A stretch of 64,000 nucleotides of DNA, taken from contig OY253678.1 in assembly GCA_958009085.1 (NCBI GenBank), forward strand, positions 62,001 to 126,000. Direction: 5' to 3'. The notes below the pieces were generated by a model that saw only the letters and a program-made list of their open reading frames with translations, was not told the DNA's origin and ran no database searches. The position numbers and the translations under genes are program-made. Origin of the DNA: Protoeuglena noctilucae. Lineage: Eukaryota. Positions 11,799 through 21,200 of the stretch are shown here, in pieces; within the stretch, counting starts at the first letter, position 1; the number at the start of each line of letters is the position of its first letter.

Positions 11799-14700
11799 AT
11801 GTCGTCCATCGGAGAGTCTCTCTCGCCTGCAGGGGCGGCTGCATCGCCAACCAGCGTGGAGGCGAAGGCAGCACTGGAGGTGGGCCCTGGCAACGAGACC
11901 TCATCGGAATTCCTGGCGTCTGTGTGGGCCATGCAGGCGCTGGTGGGGAGCGGCGGGGCGCTGGACGGCGTCGTGGACAAGGGCGGGGCCGGGGCGGAGG
12001 ACGTGGCGCGGGCACGGAAGGCCATTGAGCGCGTGCAGCGTGCCCTGCAGGGGGTGCCGGGCCTGAGTATGCTGGGGCCCGTGTGGGAGGTGGCCGGTGT
12101 GGTGTTTGGGCTGTGCGCCCAGGCGCTGGCCAACCGCCAGAACTGCTACCGGCTGGCGCGGTGCGTGCTGGTGGTGGCAACGCGGCTGTCGGCCATGGAT
12201 GGGCACGTGCTGGCGGGGAGCAAGGTGGCGGTGGAGGACCTGACGAAGAGCCTGGAGAGCGCGAGAGAGACGGTGCAGGTGAGAGCCCACGGGCAGAGAC
12301 CGGTGGGGCACAGCTTGACCCCAGGCTTGCAGCTGCCTGTCGGAGGGGAGGACATGCGAGACCCATTGATGCGCCTGCAGCGGTACTGCGACCGTGGCAT
12401 GCTGGCCAAATTGCTTTTCAGCACGGCGCATGCGGAGAGGTTCGTGGTCCTGCACCGCGACCTGGAGGCCAAGTTCCACGTGCTGGCGAGCGACGTGGTG
12501 CTGATGGGCGGCAGCGACTACGCGGAGGACGAGAGGCTGCGGGAGGCGCTGCGGCGCGTGGCGGGGACAGACGACCCCAAGGCCCTCGCGGCCCTGGCGC
12601 ACGACGAGGCCAAGGTGGAGGCGGTGCTGGCGGCGCTGTCGGTGTCGGACCAGGCGGTGGTGGCAGTGGTGAACGCGCACGCGGACCGGCAGTTCCAGCA
12701 GCAGGGGTCGCTGATCCGGCGCATGTTCGAGCAGCAGCGCGACGCCTTCCAGGACATCGCGAGGCAGCTGGCGGAGCACCGGCACAACGGGACGCAGGGG
12801 CCGGTGGGCTTCGACGGCGAGACAGCTCGGCAGGGTTGCGCGGAGTGGTCGCGGGAGGTGGTGGAGGCGGCGACAGGGGGCTTTGAGCCTTCGCGTGTGG
12901 TGGGCAAGGGCGGGTTTGCGGAAGTGTTCGCCGGGGAGGTGCATGGGGGCTCCAAGGGCGCGGCGCTGCCAGTGGCAGTGAAGCGGTTCCTGGACAGAGC
13001 TGACGCAGACGACGTGGCGCGGCAGATGGCGACGGAGGCGGAGCTGCTGTCGGCGCTGCGGCACCGGCACGTGGTGCGGCTGCTGGCCACGTGTGCCGAG
13101 CCGCCCTGTCTTGTCTACGAGCTGTGCCGGGGGGGCACGCTGGAGGAGCGGCTGGAGGGCAAGCATGGAGGCCTGTCCGCTGCCGCGCGGCTGCGGGTGC
13201 TGGCGGAAGTGGCCGAGGCGGCGGCGTTTCTGCACTCGGCGACTGGGCGCGCGGGGGGCGCCAAGCTGCAGGGGGTGGTGCACCGGGATATCAAGCCGGA
13301 CAACATTCTGTTGACGGCGGACGAGGACGATGCGGAGGCGCGGCTGGGGGACTTTGGGACGGCGCGGGAGGAGAGCGAGCAGGCGCGCGTGACGCGGGTG
13401 GTGGGGACGTACGTGTATGTGTGCCCGGTGTACATGCGGACGGGGCTGGTAGGGCCGCAGACGGACGTGTACGCGATGGGGGTGACGATTGCGCAGGTGG
13501 CGGCAGGGTGCCGGGGGGTCGACGTGCTTGCGGCACTGGCACCGGGGGGGGAACGGGAGCTGGCGGCGGACGCTGGAGCGGGGGAGTGGGTGGCTGGAGT
13601 CTTCGAGGAGTGCGTGGGGTTGGCGCGGTGGTGCATGCTGCAGCGTGACGGCGGCGCGGCGCGGCCGGACATGCGGGCGGTGGCGGCATACCTGCGTGCG
13701 CTGTGCGTCGTGGTGACGATGAACCAGGCGGGGCTGCTGGACGCGATGCTGGGGGAGCTGAGGAAGCGGCGCGAGGAGGTGAGGGCGGGTGTGCAAGAGG
13801 GAGCGGCAGTGTGTGCGGGGCAAGGCATGGCGCACGCAGTGAGTGGGACTTGTGCGTGGCTGGACGCGCGGTGATGTCGGTATGCATGGCCTCTGGACGC
13901 AGGCGTTGTGGGCGGCTGTGAATGCGGGCCAAGACATGTGCGAGTGCAGCGTGTGCGGCAAGAAGAGAAGCACGTACGAGGTGGTGGTGTGCTCGGAGGG
14001 CCAGCACCGCATCTGCGGGTCGTGCCTGGGGCCGCGGGCGCTGGTGCTGGCGGCGCGGAAGGCGGCCTTCACGGAGGCGGGACACCTCCGATGCCGGGAG
14101 TGCACGGGGCGTGCGTGCGAGGGGGTGCTGGCATACGTGGACGTGGCGGCGAGGCTGATGGAGGACGGAAGGAAAGCGGAGGCGGCGCAGTTCATGGATG
14201 CGAGCCGGGGGCTGACGGACGCGGTGCAGGGGCGGGACCGGGGCGGGGTCGGCGAGGGAGGTGAAACGGGGGAGGGGAGAGTGCCGGGGCCACAGGGTGC
14301 GAGAGAAACCAGTCATGCAGAGCGGGTGGTGGAGGTGAGGGGGAGCGGTGCATGCATGCATGCGGGCGCGACAGAAGTGTTGCGCATGCTCGGGCATTGT
14401 TGTTTCGAGGTAGCGGCAGCGCGCATGTGGTGTAAGGGTGGTGAGCATGTGGGTGTAATGGTGCGGGTGCTCGCAATCAGCCATTGATGCGTGCTCAAGT
14501 GGACGTGCTGAAAAGAGGTAGGATTGCGTGGTGGCTGCAGGGCGGGCAGGATGAAGATCTCAAAGCTGCAGTGGAATTCATCCAACGACAGAGCGTCCGG
14601 GAGGTATTAAACGCGGCCACTGGAGGACTCGTGCGCACAGTGTCCAAAGACTCAGACAACGATAGAGCCTCTCTTAAATCCTTACCATCTTGCACGGTGA

Positions 14701-16505
14701 AGTCGGTGGCCTTCTCCCCCGACGGGCGGTGGGGGGCGAGCGGGTGGGATGACAAGACGGTCAAGCTGTGGGACGCGGCGACGGGGGAGCTGGTGCACAC
14801 GCTGTCTGGGCACTCACACTTGGTGAAGTCGGTGGCCTTCTCCCCCGACGGGCGGTGGGTGGCGAGCGGGTCGTATGACGAGACGGTCAAGCTGTGGGAC
14901 GCGGCGACGGGGGAGCTGGTGCACACGCTGTCTGGGCACTCACACTTGGTGAAGTCGGTGGCCTTCTCCCCCGACGGGCGGTGGGTGGCGAGCGGGTCGT
15001 ATGACGAGACGGTCAAGCTGTGGGACGCGGCGACGGGGGAGCTGGTGCGCACGCTGTCTGGGCACTCACACTGGGTGAAGTCGGTGGCCTTCTCCCCCGA
15101 CGGGAGGTGGGTGGCGAGCGGGTCGTATGACAAGACGGTCAAGCTGTGGGACGCGGCGACGGGGGAGCTGGTGCGCACGCTGTCTGGGCACTCGTATGGG
15201 GTGAACTCGGTGGCCTTCTCCCCCGACGGGAGGTGGGTGGCGACTGTGGCGACCGGGTTGTATGACAAGACGGTCAAGCTGTGGGACGCGGCGACGGGGG
15301 AGCTGGTGCGCACGCTGTCTGGGCACTCACACTGGGTGAAGTCGGTGGCATTCTCCCCCGACGGGAGGTGGGTGGCGAGCGGGTCGGATGACAAGACGGT
15401 CAAGCTGTGGGACGCTGCGACGGGGGCAGAGGTGCGCACGCTGTCTGGGCACTCGTATGGGGTGAAGTCGGTGGCCTTCTCCCCCGACGGGAGGTGGGTG
15501 GCGAGCGGGTCGGATGACGAGACGGTCAAGCTGTGGGACGCGGCGACGGGGGAGCTGGTGCGCACGCTGTCTGGGCACTCGTATGGGGTGAACTCGGTGG
15601 CCTTCTCCCCCGACGGGAGGTGGGTGGCGACCGGGTCGGATGACGAGACGGTCAAGCTGTGGGACGCGGCGACGGGGGAGCTGGTGCGCACGCTGTCTGG
15701 GCACTCGTATGGGGTGAAGTCGGTGGCCTTCTCCCCCGACGGGCGGTGGGTGGCGAGCGGGTCGGATGACGAGACGGTCAAGCTGTGGGACGCGGCGACG
15801 GGGGCAGAGGTGCGCACGCTGTCTGGGCACTCGTATGGGGTGTACTCGGTGGCCTTCTCCCCCGACGGGCGGTGGGTGGCGAGCGGGTCGGATGACGAGA
15901 CGGTCAAGCTGTGGGACGCGGCGACGGGGGCAGAGGTGCGCACGCTGTCTGGGCACTCGTATGGGGTGAACTCGGTGGCCTTCTCCCCCGACGGGAGGTG
16001 GGTGGCGACCGGGTCGGATGACGAGACGGTCAAGCTGTGGGACGCGGCGACGGGGGCAGAGGTGCGCACGCTGTCTGGGCACTCGTATGGGGTGAACTCG
16101 GTGGCCTTCTCCCCCGACGGGCGGTGGGTGGCGAGCGGGTCGTATGACAAGACGGTCAAGCTGTGGGACGCGGCGACGGGGGAGCTGGTGCGCACGCTGT
16201 CTGGGCACTCACACTGGGTGAAGTCGGTGGCATTCTCCCCCGACGGGAGGTGGGTGGCGAGCGGGTCGGATGCCAAGACGGTCAAGCTGTGGGACGCGGC
16301 GACGGGGGCAGAGGTGCGCACGCTGTCTGGGCACTCGTATGGGGTGAACTCGGTGGCCTTCTCCCCCGACGGGCGGTGGGTGGCGTGCGGGTCGGATGAC
16401 AAGATGGTCAAGCTGTGGGACGCGGCGACGGGGGAGCTGGTGCGCACGCTGTCTGGGCACTCACACTTGGTGAACTCGGGGGCCTTCTCCCCCGACGGGC
16501 AGTAG
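11799..16505 (+). CDS. Predicted MLKL-like 4HB + Pelle/RLK-type Ser/Thr kinase + RING + 14x WD40 protein (4 exons)
   Basis: ATG 11799. Introns 12279-12380 and 13779-13902 are phase 0, GT-AG. The third intron is either 14335-14540 (phase 0) or 14261-14499/14571 (phase 1); all keep frame. Kinase motifs GKGGFAEV, VAVK, HRDIKPDN, DFG, TDVYAMG. RING C-x2-C..C-x4-H-x2-C-x2-C..C-x2-C. The WD40 ORF ends at TAG 16503-16505. Fusion into one mRNA is inferred. Confidence 0.75.
14697..16502 (+). repeat. Coding tandem array: 14 near-identical 126-nt WD40 units plus a partial 15th
   Basis: Unit V[K/N/Y]SVAFSPDGRWVA[S/T/C]GS[Y/D]D[K/E]TVKLWDAATG[EL/AE]VRTLSGHS[H/Y][L/W/G]; unit 5 carries a 9-nt insertion (TVA). 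Confidence 0.98.
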
Positions 16506-17064
16506 TTGGCGAGGCAATAAGTATGTTGTTTTCTTTGCGATGGCGTCTGTGAGGCCGATGTTTGTTTTAGCTACAATGCACCCCCCCGCATCCCCACCTG
16601 CCACGACCCTAAGGGCACCAGCTGCAGGCACCGCCACCGCGACAGCACCATTTAGCTGCCCTCACCACTGGGCTCCTCAGCCCAACTGGAATCGCAGCCG
16701 TGTCTAGGCATGGTGGGCCGACCCCTCACGCGTACTGGTCGACCCTGGCCGTCAGCATGCGGCCCTAGCACTCCATGCCACTGAATTGCACAATATACGT
16801 TTGGGAGTAAAGGTGCAGGGGCAACGAGGGACACATTAGTGGCGCCGTGCTGGACCTAACCTCCAGGCCTACAGAGGCCAGCCGCACGTGCTTGTGGCAT
16901 TTTGCCCGGGTCGATGCGCCGTGGCGTGTGATCGCCTGCCTCAAAGGGCAACAGCCTGTAGAGGCTGTTGTGCGGTCTATTACCACACCCAAGGGCGTGG
17001 CGGTTCGTGGCTAGGGGGCAGGTTTTGTGTCTCGGTAGGCTCGCGTTGATCGCCGGGTTGACAC

Positions 17065-17261
17065 TGTCTGACTGGCCCGTTCCGGCGCGCAATGTTCAAT
17101 GTCGCGGGCGCAAAGGGAGAGGGTGAAAGGGGCTTTACTGTCAGCATAGCAACTGCGACCGCCGCATGGGTGCGTTGGGTTGCATGGCGCTCGAGGCCAG
17201 ACAGCATGCAGGGTCAGCCGCGCAGCCCTTGTCTTCTACCAGCGGCGATGCGAGCGCAGGG
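17065..17261 (+). repeat. Direct repeat copy 2 (~195 bp) on the right of the kinase-WD40 segment
   Basis: Matches 10537-10724 with a few substitutions and indels; ends ~12 nt from the rubredoxin stop codon. Confidence 0.95.
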
Positions 17262-17273
17262 CGCGTCGGTCTC

Positions 17274-18061
17274 TCACTGCATGGCGATGAAGTAAGCCCC
17301 CGCGGAGGCCACCGCCAGCGCCCCCACCACCAGCAGCGGCGTCACGTCCGCGTCCGCCTCCGCCTTGGTCCGGAACTTGCTCTTGGGCGCCGCGCACTCG
17401 GGGCACCGGTAGTTCTGCGGATAATGAGCACATTCGGTGAGCTATGTGCAACAAGTAACCGCTGCGCAGGGGGCTGCCATGCGATGTCAGGCACGCACCT
17501 CGGGGAGCGACGCAAAGGCCTTCCCACGGTTGGCGGACGGGTCGTAGACGTAGCCGCAATCACGGCAGACGTAGACCTCGGGGCCAGGCTTGTTGCTCGC
17601 CGCCTTGCCCTTGGCCGGGGCCGCCTTGCCGGTCGTCTTCGTCGTCGTCGCGGGCGGCGCCTCCTTCTTCTTCAGCAGGTTAAAGGCGCCCGCGGTCACG
17701 ACGCGCGATGGCGCTGCGGGACGGCCGATGGTCTGCGCAGCCGACGAGCTGGCGAGGAGCGCGGTGCGGGACCTGCGCGGGTAGCGGCGATCGGATACTG
17801 GTGAAATCGTGGTGGGGAAACGCCCGCCCATTGCGAGGTCTCGGGCGCACCGCGTCCTGGTTTCTGTGCATCTTTGCATATAAACGACAAAAATAAACGC
17901 GCAAGCGCGCCTGCAGGCGCGGGGGAGCCTCGTCGACGCCGCAGGCCGCGCCCGGCCTGCAGCAGCGTCCCTGGGCCGCCGAGCGCTCGGCCGGACGCTC
18001 CGGCAACGCAGTGATAGCGAGCTGTGCTTCTTGTGCGGCGCACTCACTGCAGGGACGCCAT
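17274..18061 (-). CDS. Plastid-targeted rubredoxin-like protein with C-terminal TM anchor
   Basis: Spliced model MASLQSRTALLASSSAAQ (transit-peptide-like)...YVCRDCGYVYD...LPE|NYRCPECAAPKSKF...LLVVGALAVASAGAYFIAMQ*; two CxxC motifs. Confidence 0.88.
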
Positions 18062-18253
18062 GGTGGTGAGACAGCTGTTCAACCGCGTCTAGGCCGTCGA
18101 GCAGGGGATGCGAGTCGAGCAAAGGGGAACAGGTTCGAACACGGGATGACAGACTGGCGCAGTACACGCGGCGGGCGCGCCTTTATAGGCAGCGCTGGCA
18201 CGCATCCAGCTGGCACGCGCTTTCTCGCGCCTGCCCATCAAGTTACGGCCTCT

Positions 18254-21200
18254 CTAGAGCTCCGCTCTCTCCCCGCGCGTCTCCTGGAATGCCGCCGAGA
18301 GGATCATCAGCCGACTGCGCACGTAGGGGAAGGCGTCCGCCACGGCGGGGAGCGTGCCCAGGTCGATGCCCCGCACCTCCTGCAGCGCAGTGGGGAATCG
18401 CGAGGTCCGCTCGGCGCGCCAGGCCCTCCACGCGCCTCTGCTGGCCTGTCTCATTAACTCCTCACCTCCTCCACCGCGCTGCGCTCGCCGCCGTCCCGCA
18501 GCGGGGCCGGGAACAGCCACGCCTCCCCCGTGGCGCGTATGAAACTCCTCGCGTCCTGCGCCAGGATCGCCTCCCAGTCCGTCTGCTCGTCCTCCGGGAT
18601 CGGACTGACCACGGGCATCCCCGCGGCCAGGAACAGCGCCAGGATGGTCGTGTATCCCACCGCAGCTGTCCCTCGCGCCAGGGGCATGAAGTTGTACCAG
18701 AAATAAGCGAACAGCAGAATGGACTCAGCCACCTCCTGCATGAGGTCGCTGCGGGGGAGCGGAGACGGGTGCAGGAGGGGTGCAGAGGGTAGGGAACGGT
18801 GGGGGCGCGATGGGCCTGTCAGTCACCACCACCCCCATCGCATTATGTCACCTACACCCAGATTGCCTTCTCTGCATGTCACTACAACATGTCACCTCCC
18901 CATAAATGTAACTACCACATACCACGTCCCCCACACATCAACACAACATATCACCTCCCCTGTGCATGTCACCTTGGCGCCCCCTCGAGCATGCCCCCCT
19001 TTCCCCTGTACCCTTCCAGCGCCACCATCCCCTCCACCACCCTCCCCCAGCACCAGGACAACTCCTCGTCAAAGTCGCGCCAGCGGGGGGGCGTCACGGG
19101 GGTGCGGATGCTGAACTCGAATCCATCGGGAACGTTGGGGACACTGGGGGGGAAGAGAGGGGTCACGAGAGATGAAAGAGTGGGAGTGGGTAGGGGTAGG
19201 TGCGGATGGGGGGAGTGAGAGGTGAGGGCGTGTGAGCATGGAGATGAGAGCACCTAACCCACACCCCCATGCATCCATGCATTGCCCACCCATGCCGTGC
19301 CCATCCATGCACCACCCATCCAATGCATCACCCATCCATCCATGCATCACCCCTCACCGCACGACTGTCAGCCGCGTCCCCTCCATGTTATGCCCCTCCC
19401 GGCTGGCGCTCCGCACGCGCACCACATTCCAGCAGTCCTGCCCCGCCACGCGCCACACGTCCCCGCACGTAGCAGCCCCTCTCACGGCCGACAGCTGAGA
19501 CTCGCTCAGGGGGATAGCGGCGTCCTGGCCGTTCGTGCCCCTGCGTGCGACGACGCAGTGCTGTCAATGCATCGTCACGCAGTGCAGTCGATGGCAGTTC
19601 GTTACCCATAGAAAGAGAGAAGGGACAGGGGGAGTTAGATGAAACTCGGAGTCATGGGAGCGCTACTCCTCTTCCGCAGCCCCACACCCCTCACACTCAA
19701 ACCCCAAACACATCCCATCACCCACCCACTCCCACTCCCCCTCCCCCTCCCCCTCACACCTGTCTTCCTCCACATCCACACACCACAACACACACCTCAT
19801 CACATATATCACCTGTCTTCCTCCACAATGACCTTCTTCAGCAGACCCAGCGCCCTCTCCGCCCAGTGGTAATAACGCACACACTTGGTCTGCCCGGTGT
19901 ACATGGGAGTGTGGGACCCGAAACCTCTCTCGAACTCTTCTCTCGGTAGCAAGTCCACCCAAACCACTTGGTCATTTGGCTCCGCAATCTGTCGCCAACG
20001 AACGATGACGTCCATCGCATCGCGCCAACCGAACGCGTGCGTGCCCTTGGGGAGAGATGAGGCCGTGGTTGCGTTTGCAGTGTTGCCTGCACTTGCACCG
20101 CCACCCGCACTGCCACCCCCGCTGCCACCCCCACTGCCACCCCCACCGCCACCCCCACTGCCACCCCCGCTGCCAGCCCCACCACCCCCCGCCGTCGCCG
20201 TTGCGTCCGACACCGCCGTCTTTTTTCCAGCGATGCGATCGGCCACCAAGGCCCGCACCGTCTGCGCCAACTCAATCGCCGCCAGCCCCGCCATCCGCAG
20301 CTGACGGGCGTTGGGGAGGAAACCCTGGTGGCGGTACTGCAGGGGTGGGGGAGATGGGAGGGGTGGGGGTGGGAGGGTGCGACAGGTGCACGCTCAGGAT
20401 GTCAGCTGATGTTGTCATGGCACACCGCCCATGCCCGGTCAGACCGTGACATCTAAAACATCATGAACTCCCATTATCGCCAATTACCTGGATGAGTGAC
20501 CCCAGGGCATCGGCGGCCTTCACCAGCGCCCTCCCCGCATTCGCGTCCACCGCCGCCGCGTCCAGTCCGGGCACAATGCCCTCCCCGGGCTCTGGCAGTT
20601 TCATGTCCTTCAGGGACTTGCGGCTTCTAGCACGCTGGGCGCCAGTCTGGGGGGGCAGCGGGGGGCGGGGTGGGAAAGGGGGGCCAGAAAGCGCCACAGC
20701 GAGTTTTCATGCACCCAACCAATCAAGCGGCAATGGATTTTTATGCAGTTTTATCCTCCCGATGTGGCCATGGCATACCAACTGCAGGTCGCATGTGCAA
20801 GCCACCCACAACTGCTGCTCCGTGCATAGTACTATCATAGTACTATCATCACATGCCCCCCGCATACCCCTCACCTCGGTGATGAGGGCGGGCGACGGCG
20901 GGAACTTCATGCACCAGTTGTGTTTGAGCCTCGGGTGCAGGTCCCTGTCGAAGCAGAAGTCCCAGGGGCGGCAGTCCAGGCGGCTGCAGAGGTACACGGC
21001 GAGCTCCTCCTGGTAGTAGGCCACGAACCTGAATGTATGGGAAGTGGAAAGAGTGTTACAAGTAGCTAACCAATTACTCCTGGTAATAGGCGACGAACCT
21101 GGGTGGATGATGTGAGGATAAGGAATGAATGTGGTAGAAGAGAGTAACGGCATGAACACAACAGACAGTACCAGCAACCTCTCCCACATTGCGTACACCG

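Noticed and set aside
11901..14195. 764-aa minus-strand ORF
   Set aside because: His/Arg/Pro-rich shadow of the GC-rich kinase coding strand.
14495..16447. 650-aa antisense ORF and other long ORFs over the WD40 array
   Set aside because: A stop-free repeat unit keeps antisense frames open; no independent protein signal.
14697..16502. CRISPR array or DGR template/variable repeat
   Set aside because: Units are contiguous in-frame coding repeats with no spacers. Variation is not adenine-restricted, and no cas or reverse transcriptase gene is visible in the window.
10537..17261. LTR retrotransposon, DNA transposon or Helitron
   Set aside because: No gag/pol, transposase or helicase, PBS/PPT or clear terminal inverted repeats seen; the flanking repeats correspond to host intergenic sequence.
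18061..18254. Possible SRFR1-rubredoxin bicistron (about 190-nt gap, same strand)
   Set aside because: A TATA-like element (CCTATAAAG, minus strand, ~18181-18190) lies in the gap and the upstream ORF is long and ATG-rich, so an independent promoter is more likely.
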